64,000 nucleotides of DNA from the human T2T-CHM13v2.0 reference genome, Homo sapiens, in NCBI RefSeq assembly GCF_009914755.1, contig NC_060947.1. The stretch is one strand, 5' to 3'. The notes beneath the pieces were generated by a model that was not told where the DNA came from, ran no database searches, and worked only from the letters and a program-made list of their open reading frames with translations. Position numbers and translations under genes: made by a program. Of this stretch, positions 30,427-46,962 are shown one piece after another. Each line of letters opens with the position of its first letter. Position 1 is the first letter of the stretch.

Positions 30427-33400
30427 TATTTTGTTGATCTTTTCTAAAAACCACCTCCTGGATTCACTGATTTTTTGGAGTTTTTGTATCTCTATTTCCT
30501 TCAGTTCTGCTCTGATGTTAGTTATTTCTTGTCTTCTGCTACCTTTTCAATTTGTTTTCTCTTACTTCTCCAGTTCTTTTAACTGTGAGGTTAGGATGTT
30601 GATTTTAGATCTTTCCTGCTTTCTCTTGTGGGCATCTAGTGCTATAAATTTCCCTCTATGTACTGCTTTACATGTGTCCCAGAGATTCTGGTACATTGTG
30701 TCTTTGTTCTCATTCGTTTCAAAGAAATTCTTTATTTCTGCCTTCATTTCATTATTTACCCAGTAGTCATTCAGGAGCAGGTTGTGCAGTTTCCATGTAG
30801 TTGTGTGGTTTTGAGTTAGTTTCTTAATCCTGAGTTCTAATATGATTGCACTGTGGTCTGAGAGACAGTTTATTATGATTCCTATTCTTCTGCATTTGCT
30901 AAGGAGTGTTTTACTTCCAATTATGAGGTCATTTTTAGAATAAGTGCAGTGAGGTACTGAGAAGAATGTATATTCTGTTGATTTGGGGTGGAGAGTTCCA
31001 TAGATGTCTATTACAACTGCTTGGTCCAGAGCTGAGTTTAATCCTAAATATTCTTGTTAATTATCTGTCTCATTGATCTGTCTAATATTTACAATGGGGT
31101 GTTAAAGTCTCCCATTATTATTGTGTGGGAGTCTAAGTTTCTTTGTAAATCTCTAAGAACTTGCTTCATGAATCTGGGTGCTCCTGTATTGTGTGCATAT
31201 ATATTTAAGATAGTTAGCTCTTCTTGCTGCATTGATCCCTTTACCATTATGTAATGCCCTTTTTTGTCTCTTTTGATCTTTGTTGGTTTAAAGTCCATTT
31301 TATCAGAGATTGGAATTGCAACTCCTGCCTTTTTTTGTTTTCCATTTGCTTGGTAAATATTCCTCCATCCCTTTATTTTGAGCCTATGTATGTCCTTACA
31401 TGTGAGATGGGCCTCCTGAATACAGCACACTAGTGGGTCTTGACTTTTTATCCAATTTGCCAGTCTGTGTCTTTTAATTGGGGGCATTTAGCCCATTTAC
31501 GTTTAATATTGTTATGTGTGAATTTGATCCTGTCATTATGATGTTAGTTATTTTGCCCATCAGTTGATGCAGTTTCTTCATAGCATTGATGGTCTTTACA
31601 ATTTGGCATGTTTTTGGAGTGGCTGGTACCGGTTGTTCCTTTCCATGTTTAGTGCTTCCTTCTGGGACTCTGGTAAGGTAGGTATGGTCGTGACAAAATC
31701 TCTCAGCATTTGCTTCTCTGTAAGGGATTTTATTTCTCCTTCACTTATTAAGCTTACGTTGGCTGGATATGAAATTCTGGGTTAAATTTTTTTTTCTTTA
31801 AGAATGTTGAATATTGTCCCCCACTGTCTTCTGGCTTGTAGTGTTTCTGCCAAGAGATCTGATGTTAGTCTGATGGGCTTCCCTTTGTAGGTAACCCGAC
31901 CTTTCTCTCTGGCTGTCCTTGGCATTTTTTCCTTCATTTCAACCTTGGTGAATCTGACGATTATGTATCTTGGGGTTTCTCTTCTCGAGGAGTATCTTTG
32001 TGTTGTCCTCTACATTTCCTGAATTTGAATGTTGTCCTGTCTTGCTAGGTTGGGGAAGTTCCCCTGGATAATATCCTGAAAAGTGTTTTCCAACTTGGTT
32101 CCATTCTCCCCATCACTTTCATGTACACAAATCAAACGTAGATTTGGTCTTTTCACATAGTCCCATATTTCTTGGAGGCTTTGTTTGTTCCTTGTCATTC
32201 CTTTTTCTCTAATCTTGTCTGCTCGCTTTATTTCATTAAGTTGATCTTCAATCTCTGATATCCTTTCTTCCACTCGATTGATTCAACTATTGATACTTGT
32301 GTATGCTTCACAAAGTTCTTGTGCTATGTTTTTCAGTTCCATCAGGTCATTTATGTTGTTCTCTAAACTGGTTATTCTAATTAGCAATTCATCTAATCTT
32401 TTTTCAAGGTTCTTAGCTTCCTTGCATTGGGTTAGAACATGCTCCTTTAGCTCAGAGGAGTTTGTTATTACCCACCTTCCGAAGCCTAATTCTGTGAATT
32501 CATCAAACTCATTCTCCATCCTATTTTGTTCCCTTGCTAGTAAGAAGTTATAATCCCTTGGAGGAGAATATGTGTTCTGGTTTCTGGAATTTTCAGACTT
32601 TTTGTGCTGGTTTCTCCCCATCTTTGTGGATTTACCTACCTTTTGTCTTTGATGTTGGTGACCTTTGTATGGGGTCTCTGAGTGGATGTGTTCTTTCTTT
32701 GTGTTTGTTAATTTTTCTTCTAACAGTCATGCCCCTCTGCTGCCAGTCTGCTGGAGTTTGCTGGAGGTCCCCTCAAGACCCTGTTTTCTTGGAGTTTTGC
32801 AGCCACCAGTGGAGGCTGCAGAATAGCAAAGATTGCTGCCTGTTCTTTCCTCTGAAACTTCATCCCAGTGGGGCACCTGACTTATGCCAACCAGAACTCT
32901 CCTGTATGAGGTGTCTGCCAGCCCCTACTGGGAGATGTCTCCCAGTCAGGATGCCTGGGGGTCAGGGGCCAACTTGAGGAGGCAGTCTGACCCTTAGAAG
33001 AGCTCGAGTACAGTGCTAGGAGGTCTGCTGCTCTCTTCAGAGCCATCAGGCAGGGACATTTTAGTCTGCTGAAACTGCACCCATAGCCACCCCTTCCCCA
33101 GGTGCTCTGTCCCAGGGAGATGGGGGTTTTATCTATAAGTCCCTGACTGGGGCTGCTGCCTTTTTTTCAGAGATGCCCTGCCCAGAGAAGAGAAATCGGG
33201 CAGTCTGGCCACAGCAGCCTTGTTGAGCTGCTGCGGGCTCTGACAAGTTCAAACTTCCCAGCTGATTTGTTTACACTGTGAAGGGAAATCAACCTACTAA
33301 AGCCTCAGCAATGGCAGATGCCCCTCCCTCCACCAGGCTCAATCCAAGCCAGACTATTTGTCATCCTGGCTTCAGCCCTCTTTCCAGAGGAGTGAACAGT

Positions 33401-33660
33401 TCTGTCTCATTGGCATTACAGGCGCCACTGGGATATGGGGGGAAAAAACTCCCGCAGCTAGTTTGGTGTCTGCACAAATGGCTGCCCAGTTTTGTGCTTG
33501 AAACACAGGGCCCTGGTGGGGTAGGCACCAGAGGTAATCTCCTGGTCAGCAGGTTGTGAAGACCACAGGAAAAGCACAGTATCTGGGCTGGAGTGAAGAG
33601 TTGCCCAGGCTCAGTCCCTCATGGCTTTCACTGGGTAGGGGATAAAATTCCCTGAACCCT

Positions 33661-33732
33661 TGCACTTCCTAGGTGAGGTTACTCCCCACCCTGCTTTGCA
33701 CTTCCCAGGTGAGGCGACTCCCCACCCTGCTT
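33661..33732. repeat. 36-bp tandem duplication in the L1 5' UTR
   Basis: tgcacttcc(t/c)aggtgagg..actccccaccctgctt occurs twice. Confidence 0.9.
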
Positions 33733-33896
33733 TGGCTTTCCCTCCATGGGCTGCAACCACTGTCCAACCAGTCCCAATGAGATGAACCTGGTACCTCAGC
33801 TAGAAATGCAGAAATCACCCCCCCCTTACACATCAATCTCACTGGGAGCTGCATACTGGAGTTGTTCCTATTTGGCCATCTTGCCAGCAATCCCCC

Positions 33897-34049
33897 TAAG
33901 TATTATTTAGCTTTTAAAACAGGGATCCTGCCATTTGTGACAACATGGATAAACCCAGAAGACAAGATTAGGCTAAAAAAATTAACCCAGATAGAGAAAG
34001 AAAAATATCACATATTCTAATTTATATGTGTGATCCTTAAAAAAGACAT
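33897..34049 (+). mobile_element. L1MA fragment (end of ORF2 / 3' UTR)
   Basis: 'gatcctgccatttgtgacaacatggataaacc'. Confidence 0.7.
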
Positions 34050-34599
34050 AGGGCAGGGCCAAGATGGCAGACTAGAAGCAGCTCATGTGTACTGCTCTCA
34101 TGGAGAGGAAACAATGGCTAGCGAACACTGCCCCTGCAGGTTGATCTTCTGGGAAGACCCATCAGCATCCATCAAGGCAGGAAAAGAGCACAAAAAGTAG
34201 AGAGGAGAAAAGCTGGACACCAGCTTGTCTCAGCTCAGAGCAGAGCCAGAAAAATCTCTCTAACAGGGAAAAAGGTGGGTAAGAGTTCCTAAGGGATTCA
34301 CACTCTCCACAAGAACCTTTGCAAGACTAGGAATAGGAGAATCCCCACCTCCCATGCACCCCTCCCCCAACTGTGCTTCTAGACTTAGAGAGCCACCCTG
34401 TGGAAGCAACTCTGAAGTCCAAGTGATATCTATAAGCCTTGGGCCATGGAGGTGACAAGCCCTGGTCCCGTAACCCCAATAGAGGCTGCAGTTATGGTAT
34501 CTGGGAGCAGAAAGATTGTTCTACCCACCATTGCCAGTTGAGACCCAGCATCAGCTTCTGATCCAGCAGTCCTGCTTTGGCCCAAATTTGGCTGACTAC

Positions 34600-35990
34600 C
34601 CCACCTACCCCCACCACTCATAGCCAGGTAGACAATGCTTGCTAGAACTTCCAGCCCAGTGGTCCCACTTTTGGGTGAATTCAGCTGGAGGGCACAGCCT
34701 CCTGATGTCCCAGGAAACACCCAGAGGGCAGAGTACATAACCTTACCCACCTCTGCCACTGATAGCCAAAAGGACTATGTTTACTAGAGCTTCTGCCCCA
34801 GCTGTCCCACTTCTTTGTAAACTCAGCTGGAGGGCACAGCTTTCTGTTCTCTGGGAAATACCCAGATGACAGAACACGTGACCCCATATGCCCCACTACT
34901 GGTAGCCAGGTGAGCAACATCTGTTAAAACTTGCAGCCCAGCAGCCCCACTTCTGTGTGAGCTCAGCTAGAGGACACAGCTTTCTGTTGTCCCAAGAAAC
35001 ACCCAGATGGTAGAGCACATGAATCCATCCACACCCACCACTGGTGGCCAAGTGGGAAATACTTACTAGAGCTTCTGGACCAGTGGCCCCACTTCTGCGT
35101 GAACTCAGCCAGAAGGCTCAGCTTCCTGTTGTCCAGGAAACATCCAGACAGCTGAATGCAAGACCCCACCCACCTCCACCACTGGCAGCCAGGTAACTCT
35201 TGGTAGAACTTCCAGCTCAGCAGCTTTGCTTCTGTGTAAACTCAACCAGCATGTGCAGCCTCCTGTTGTCTCAAGAAGCACCCAGATGGCAGGGACAGTG
35301 ACCCCACTAAGCCCTACTACTCATAGCCAGGCGGGAAATGCTGGTTAGAGCTTCAACCCAGTGGTCCAGCTTCTGTGGAAACTTGGCTGAAGGGTACCGC
35401 CTCCTGATGTCCCAGGAAACACTGAGATGGCAGGGCATGTGATATGGTTTGGCTGCATCTCCACCCAAATCTCATCTTGAATTCCCACTTGTTGTGAGAG
35501 GGACAGGATGGGAGGTAATTGAATCATGTGGGCAAGTCTTTTCTGTGCTGTTCTCATGATAGTAAATAAGTCTCACAAAATCTGGCCACTGATGGCCAGG
35601 CAGGCAACACCTGCTAGGGCTTCTGGCCCAGTGGTCCTGCATCTATGGGAACTTAGCTGATGAACACAACCTCCTGATGTTCCAGGAAGCACCTAGACAG
35701 CAGGGTGGGCATCCTCACCCACACTTGCCGCTGGTAGCCCGGTGAGCCATGCCTGCTAGAGCTTCCAGCCCATTGGTCCTATTTCTGCCTGAATTTGCCA
35801 AGGGGCACAGCGTTCTGTTGCCCTAGAAACACCTAGACAACAGGGTGGGCAACTACACTCAACCCTGCCTCCCATAGCCAGATGGGACACACCCACTGGG
35901 GCTTCCACCTAGTGGTCTCACTTCTCCCTAAACTCTGCAGACAGGGGCAACCCCATGTTTCCCCAGAAAGCACATGAACCGCAGATTAGG
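34600..35990. repeat. About 9 diverged copies of a ~140-bp unit in the L1 5' UTR
   Basis: A 'gggcacagcctcctg.tgtcccaggaaacacccaga'-like motif recurs at about 34690, 34832, 34972, 35114, 35252, 35392, 35662, 35803 and 35942. Confidence 0.85.
35440..35584 (+). mobile_element. THE1B-like LTR, 5' 145 bp only
   Basis: tgatatggtttggctg...ccacccaaatctcatcttgaattccc...aataagtctcacaaaatctg. Confidence 0.88.
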
Positions 35991-36568
35991 TCTTCTGGGA
36001 AGGATACTTTTGGCGGCTAGGTACAATCTCTGCCTGAGGGAGACCTGTGGACCAGAACACCCAACAAAAGAAATGCAGGTAAAGACATAGTAATTGGAGG
36101 GGGCTCCTCGAAGAACCAGGAGCAGACTAGAATTGAAGCCAGTGAACCAAACCCACCTTATACCATAATCAAACCCTATGGGTATCAAAGAAGGAAAAAG
36201 CAGAACAAAATCTGTCCAAAAAAACAGCAACTTTAAAGATTGAAGGAACATCAGCCCACCCAAATGACAAAGAACTAACACAAGAACTCTGGCAGCTCAA
36301 AAAGTCAGAGTGCCTTCTTTCATCCAAATTACCACACTAGTTCCCAAGCTAGGGTTCTTTATGAGGCTAAAATGGCTGAAATGACAGAAATAGAATTCAG
36401 AATATAGTTAGAAATGAAGATCACTGAAATTCAGGAGAACATTGAAACCCAATTGAAGGAAGCTACAAATCACAGTAAAAAGAACAGGAGTTGATAGACA
36501 AAATGGCTATAATAAAAAACAACCAAATTGATCTTATAGGGCTGAAAACACACTATAAGAATTGCATA

Positions 36569-36837
36569 GGCCAGGCGCGGTGGTTCACGCCTGCAATCTC
36601 AGCACTTTGGGAGGCCAAGGCAAGCAGATCATGAGGTCAGGAGATCAAGACCATCCTAGCTAACATGGTGAAACCCCATCTATACTAAAAATACAAAAAA
36701 TTAGCCAGGCGTGGTGGCGGGCACCTGTAGTCCCAGCTACCTGGGAGGTGGAGCTTGCAGTGAGCCAAGATCGCACCACTGCACTCCAGCCTGGGTGACA
36801 GTGTGAGACTCTGTCTCAAAAAAAAAAAAAAAAAAAA
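36569..36837 (+). mobile_element. AluY-like element with a ~30-bp right-arm deletion
   Basis: TSD aagaattgcata (36557-36568 and 36838-36849); 'gagatcaagaccatcctagctaaca' and 'gagcttgcagtgag'. Confidence 0.92.
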
Positions 36838-37348
36838 AAGAATTGCATACTGCAAGCACCAGTATTAACAGTAGAATTGACCAAGCTGAGGGAAAAAAAT
36901 CTCAGAGCTCGAAGACTGGCTCTCTGAAATAATTCAGTCAGACAAAAATAAAGAAAAAAGAATGAACAAAACATCTGAGAAATACGAAATTATGTAAAGA
37001 GACAAAATATATGACCCATTGGTATCCCTGGATAAGATGAGGAGAAAGTAAGCAACTTGGAAAGTGTATTAGGGATATTGTCCATGAGAATTTTCCCAAC
37101 ATTGCTAGAGAGGTCAGTATTCAAGTCCAGGAAATGAGGAGTACCTCTGTGAGATAATACTCAAGAAGGCCATTCCCAAAACACATAATCATCAGAATCT
37201 TCAAAGTAAAAATGAAAGAAAAAATATTAAATGCAGCTAAAGGGAAGGGGAAGGTCACCTATAAAGGGGAGCCCATCAGACTAACAGCATATCTTTTACT
37301 AAAAACCCCAACATGTCAAAAGAGATTGAGGACCTATATTCAGCATTC

Positions 37349-37511
37349 TTTTTTTTTAATTTTATTATTATTATATTTTAAGTTTTAGGGTACATGTGCA
37401 CAATGTGCAGGTTTGTTACATATGTATACATGTGCCATGTTGGTGTGCTGCACCCATTAACTCTTCATTTAGCATTAGGTATATCTCCTAATGCTTTCCC
37501 TCCCCCATCCC
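37349..37511 (-). mobile_element. Very short L1PA 3' end insertion without TSD
   Basis: Poly-T followed by 'ttttagggtacatgtgcac...ctcctaatgctttccctccccc', within the host ORF1. Confidence 0.9.
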
Positions 37512-38452
37512 AAGAAGAAAATTTGCAAGCAAGAGTTTTATGTCTAGCCAAACTAAGCTTCACAAGTGAAGGAACAATAAAATCCTCATCAGACAAGCAA
37601 ATGCTAAGGAAATTTTTTACCACCAGATCTGCCTTACACGAAGTCCTAAAAGGACCACTACATAAGAAAAGAAAAGACCATTACCAAACACTACAAAAAC
37701 ACACTGAACTACACAGATCGGTGACACTATAAAGCAACCACACAAACAAGTCTGCAAAATAACGAGCTAACAACAAGATGACAGGATCAAATCTGCAAAT
37801 ATCAATACTGACCTTGAACGAAAATGAGGTAAATGTCCCAATTAAAAGACACAGAGGGGCAAGCTGGAAAAGAAGCAAGACCCAATGGTATACTGTCTTC
37901 AGGAGACCCATCTCACATGCAATGACATCCATAGTCTGAAAATAAATGGATGGGGAAATATCTATCAAGCAAATGGAAAACAGAAACAAGCAGGAGTTGC
38001 AATCTTAATTTCAGACAAAGTGGACTTTAAACCAACAAAGGTAAAAAAAAATAAATAAATAAAGAAAAACATTATATAATGGTAAACGGTTCAATTTAAA
38101 AAGAAGACCTAACTATCCAAAATATATATGCACCCAACACAGGAGCACTCTGATTCATAAAGCAAGTTCTAAGAGGCTTAGATTCCCACACAATAATAGT
38201 AGGAGAACTCAACACTCTACAGACAATATTAGATCACTGAGGCAGAAAATTAACAAAAATATTCAGGACCTGAACTCAACACTTGACTGAATAGACCTAA
38301 TATGAATCTACAGAACTGCCCACTCAAAAACAAGAGAATATACATTCTTCTCATTAACGCATGGCATGTACTCCAAAGTTGACCACACAATTGGACATAA
38401 AATAGTACTAAGCAAATTAAAAAAAAATCATACCAACCACACACTAGGGCTA

Positions 38453-41658
<3,206 letters not shown>

Positions 41659-44600
41659 AGAAATCAGTACTAAGAACATCACTCAAAACCATACAATTAA
41701 ATGGAAATTAAACAACCTCCTCCTGAATATCTTTTAGGGAATTAATTAAATTTAGGCAAGAATCAGGAAATTCTTAGAAACTGAGCACAAAGAAACAACA
41801 TACCAGTATCTCTAGGACACAGCTAAGGCAGTGTTAAGAGGGAAGTTTATAGCACTAAACACTCATATAAAGAGTTGCAAATATCTCCAATCAACAACTT
41901 AACATCACAACTAGAAGAACTAGAAAAGCAAGAGCAAACCAGCCCCGAAGCTAGCAGAAGAAAAGAAGTAACCAAGATCAGAGCTGAGTTGAAGGAAGTG
42001 GAGACACAAAAAAATCATACAAACTATCAATTAATTTAGTATTTTATTATTTGAAAACATTAATAAGACAGACCACTACCTAAATTAATAAAAAATAGAC
42101 AAAGATCCTAATAAACATAATTAAAAATGAAAAAGGGGACATAACGACTGGCTCCACAGAAATATAAAAAACATCCAGACTACTATGAACCTCTCTATGC
42201 AGACAAACTGAAAATCTAGAAGAAATAAATACATTTGTAGACACGTACAACCTCTCAAGACTGAACCAGGAAGAAATAGAGTCCCTGAAACACCAATAAT
42301 GGTTCTGAAATTAAATCAGTAATAAAAAGTCTACCAAGCAGAATAAGTCCAGGACCAGAGAGATTCACAGGTGAATTTTATCAGCTATACAAAGAAGAGC
42401 TGGTACTATTCTCATGGAAACTAATCCAAAAATTCTAGGAGGAGGATGTCCTCCTCACCTCATTCTGTGAGGCAACAAGCATCACTCTGGTAGCAAAACG
42501 TTGCAGAGACACACTAACAAAAGAAAACTTCAGGCTGATATCCTTGATGAACATAGATGCAAAAATCGTCAACAAAATACTAGCAAACTGAGTCCAGCAA
42601 CACATTGCAAAGCTAATCCACTATGATCCAGTTGGTTTTATCCCTGGAATGCAAGGTTTGCTCAACATACACAATTGATAAATGTAATTTATTAAATAAA
42701 CAGAGCTAAAAAATCAAATGACATGATCATCTCTATAAATGCAGACAAGCTTTCAACAAAATTCAACATCCCATCATATTGAAAAGATTCAATAAACTAG
42801 GCATTGAAAAAACATACCTCAAAACAATAAGATCCATCTGTGACAAATGTACAGCTAACATCAAACTGAATGTGCAAAAGCTGGAAGCATTCCTCTTGAA
42901 AACTGGCACAAGAAAATGATACCTTCTCTCACCACTCATATTCAAAATATTATTGGAAACCCTGGCCAAAGAAATCAGGAAAGAGAAAGAAATAAAAGGC
43001 ATCCAAATAAAGATAGGAAGTCAAATTATTGCTGTTTGTGGATTACATAATTCTATATCTAGAAAACTCCGTAGTCTCTGCCCAAAAACTCTAGATCTGA
43101 CAAACAAATCCAACAAAGCTTCAGGATACACGATGAATGTACAAAAGTTATTAGCGTTTCTATACAACAACATCCAACCTGAGTGTCAAATCAAGAATAC
43201 AATCTCATTCACCATTCCCACAAAAAGAATAAAATACCTAGGAATACAACTAATAAAAGAGGTGAAAGATCTCTACAAGGGGAATTACAAAACAGTGCTC
43301 AATATAATCAGAGATGACACAAACAAATGAAAAAACATTTTATGCTCATGGATGGAAAGAATCAATATCATTAAAATAGCTATACTCTCCAAAGCATGTA
43401 TAGATTCCATGCTATCCCTATCAAAATACCAATTACATTCTTCACAGAACTAGAAAAACAATTTAAAAATTCATATGGAATCAAAAAAGAGCCTGAATAT
43501 CCAAGGCAATCCTAAGAAAAAAGAACAAAATGGGAGGCATCACCTTATCTGACTTCAAACTATAGGGCCACAGTAGCCAAAACAGCACGGTACTGGTAAC
43601 TAAAAAACAGACACATAGACTAATGAAGCAGAATAGAAAGTTCAGAAATAAGGCTGAACACCTACAAGTATCTGATCTTTGACAAAACAGACAATAACAA
43701 GCAGTGGGGAAAGGACTCTTTTTCAATAAATGGTGCTAGGATAACTGGTTAGCCATATGAAGAAGATTGGAAATGGACCCTTACCTTACACCACTATTCA
43801 AAAATCAATTCAAGATTAATTAAATACTTAAATGTAAAACCTAAAGCTATAATAACTCTGGAAAATAATGGAGGACATACAATTCTGGACATAAAACTTG
43901 GCAACAATTACATGAAGAAGTGAAAAGAAATTGCAACAAGAGCAGAAATTGACAAATGGATCTAGTTAAACTACAGAGCTTCTGCACAGCAAAAGAAACT
44001 ATCAACAGAGTAGTCAGACAACCTACAGAATGAGAGAATGTATGTATTTGACAAAGGTCTAATATACAGAATCTATAATCAACTTAAACACATCTACAAG
44101 GAAAGATGAAACAACTTTGTTAAAAAGTGGGCAATGGACACAAGCAGACATTTTTTCAAAAGAAGATATACACATGGCCAACAAGCATATGAAAAAAATG
44201 CTCAACATCACTAGTCATTAGATAATATCAAATCAAAACCACAATGAGATACCATCTCACACCAGTCAGAATGGCTATTGTTAAAAAGTCTAAATCAATA
44301 TTATCTAGTGAGGTTGTAGAGAATAGGGAATACTTATACATTGCTGGTGGGAGTGTATATTAGCTCAGCCATTGTTGAAAGCAGTGCGATGATTCATTAA
44401 AGAACTTAAAACATAATTACCATTCAACTTAACAATCTCATTGTTCAAGTTATACCCATAGGAATATAAATCATTCTACCATAAAGATACAGGCACATGT
44501 ATGTTCATCAGAGCACTATTCATGATAGCAAAGACATGGAATCAACCTAAATGCCTACCAATGGTAGACTGTATAGAGAAAATGTGGTACAGGCACATTA

Positions 44601-45140
44601 TGGAATATATACAGCCATTAAAATAAAGCTCTTGAAAACTTGCACAAGACAACGCTGCCTTCTCTCACCACGTGTAATCAAAATAATATTGGAAGCCCTG
44701 GCCAGAGCAAGAAACTAGAGAGAAAGAAACAAGATCATGTCCTTTGCAGCAACATGAATAAAGCTTGAGGCCATTATTCTTAGTAAATGTATGCTGGAAC
44801 AGAAAACTAAATACCACATGTTGTCACTTGCAGAATGGAGCTGGAGGCCGTTATCCATAACAAATTATGCAGGAACAGAAAACCAAATACCACATATTCT
44901 AACTTATAAATGAGAGCTAAATAATGAAAACACATAGACATTAGGAGGGGAACAACAGGCACCAGGGCCTACTTGAGGGTTGAGGGTGGGTGGAGGGAGA
45001 GGATCAGAAAAAAATGCCTATTGAGCACTATGTTCATTACCTGAATGGCAAAAAATTTGTACACCCAACCCTCATGACATGCAATTTACCTATATAAAAA
45101 ATTTTAACATGTGCCCCTGAACATAAAATAAATGTTTTTT

Positions 45141-45520
45141 TTAAGAAACAGAATACATAGCAACAGATAGCAGAACAGTGGTAGTTACCAGTGGTGTGTG
45201 GGGGTGTGAGGAAGATAGGAGGATAGAGACCAAAGGTACAAAGTTATAGTTGGGTAGAATGAGTAGGTCTAGAGATATAATGTACAGCTTGTGAGTTATA
45301 GTCAGTAATATTGTATTGTACACTGGAAATTTACTAGCAGAGTAGATTTTGGTTACTGTTACCAAGAAAAAGAAGAGGAAAAGTAACTATGTGATGTAAC
45401 AGATACATTAATTTACTTGGCTGCGGTAAATAATCTACTCTACAGTAAATATATACTCTACTATATATATCAAAACATCATGTTGTACACCTTAAATTTA
45501 TCCATACAATAATAAAAATA
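45141..45520 (+). mobile_element. L1MA (MA7/8-like) 3' terminus
   Basis: 'caaaggtacaaagttatagttgggtagaatgagtaggtctagaga...caaaacatcatgttgtacaccttaaat'. Confidence 0.8.
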
Positions 45521-46665
45521 ATTGTACAAAATAATCTAAGAGTGCTATTTTAACATAAAAAAACCTTAGTAGAAGGAAAACTGAAAAATTCAGAAATATG
45601 TGGAAATTAAATAGCACAATTGGCCAAAGAAGAAATCAAAAAGGAAATTAGAGATGATCTTGAGAAAAAAAATAAAAATACAACATGCTGAAACCTATAG
45701 GATGCAACAAAAGCAATCCAGTACTAAGAAGGAAGTTTATAGTGATAAATGTATACTTTGAGAAAAGAAAGATCTCAAGTGAGCAACCTAATTTTACTAC
45801 AAGGAACTAGAAAAAGAACAACGTAAACCCAAATTTAGCAGAAGGAATAACAATAATAAAGATCAGAGCAGAATTATACAAAGAATAAAAAACAGTAGAA
45901 ATATTTCAAAACTGAGGTTTTTTTGAAAAGACAAAATTGATTTTCAGCTAGGCTTAATAAGAAAAAAGAGAAAAATCAATAAAATCAGAAATGAAAGAAG
46001 AAAACATTACAACTGACATCACAGAAATAAAAAAGATCATAAGAAAATCACAAGAAAAATTATATGCCAACAAATTGGCTAACTTAGAAAAACAGATAAA
46101 TTCCTGAAACCATAAAACTTACCAAGATTGAATCATGAAGAAACAGAAAATTTAGAAAGAAAAATAACGAGCAAGGACATTGAATAGGTAATAAAATGTC
46201 TCAAAAAAAAAAAAAAAGAAAGAAAAAAACAACCCAGGACCAGATGGCTTCACGTGTCTACCAACATTTAAAGAATTATTACCAATCCTAAAACTCTTCC
46301 AAAAACCTGAAAAGAAGAAAAACTTATTTTATAATGCCAGTAATTATCCTGATACCAAATCCAAAGAAAGACACACAAGAAAACAAACTACAGGCCAATA
46401 TCTCTGATGAACATAGTTGCAAAAATCCTCAACAATATACTTGCAAACTGAATTCAACAGCACATTAGAAGGCTCATACAGCATGACAAAGTGAGATTTA
46501 TTCCTGAAATGCAAGAATGTTTCAACATGAGGAAATAAATTAATGTGGTACACCACATTAACAGAATAAACAATAAAAACATATGATAATCTCAATAGAT
46601 GAAGAATAGCCATTTGCCAAAATTTACCATCCTTTCATGATAAAAACTCTCAACATACTTTACCA

Positions 46666-46962
46666 GGCTAGTGTGGTGGCTCAGGCCTGAAATCCCAGCA
46701 CTTTGGGAGGCTGAGGCAGAAGGATTGTTTGAGGCTAGAATTTTGAAACCAGTCTAGGCAACATAATGAGACCCATCTCTACAAAAAACAATAAATTTTG
46801 CTGGGTGTGATAGCACATGCCTGTAGTCCCAGCTACACAGGAGGCTGAGGTGGGAGGATCACTTGAGTTTGCCAGGTTGAGGTTGCAGTGAGCAGTCATT
46901 CTGCCACTGCACCCCAGCCTGTGCAACAGAGTGAGACCCTGTCTCAAAAAAAAAAAAAAAAA
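46666..46962 (+). mobile_element. AluJ-like
   Basis: Dimeric Alu with 'ggtgggaggatcacttgag' and poly-A. Confidence 0.9.

Larger units (their letters stand above)
28953..33896 (-). mobile_element. L1PA7/8-like, 5' part (5' UTR, ORF1, ORF2 endonuclease region); 3' half missing
   Basis: ORF1 pieces 32283-32621 and 32010-32273, EN piece 31089-31487 ('CCIQEAHL...MGDFNTPL'), and 5' end gggggattgctggcaagatggcc. Confidence 0.9.

Noticed and set aside
34600-35990. CRISPR-like array (also considered for 51720-52037)
   Set aside because: The units are contiguous tandem repeats without unique spacers, the context is eukaryotic, and there are no cas genes.
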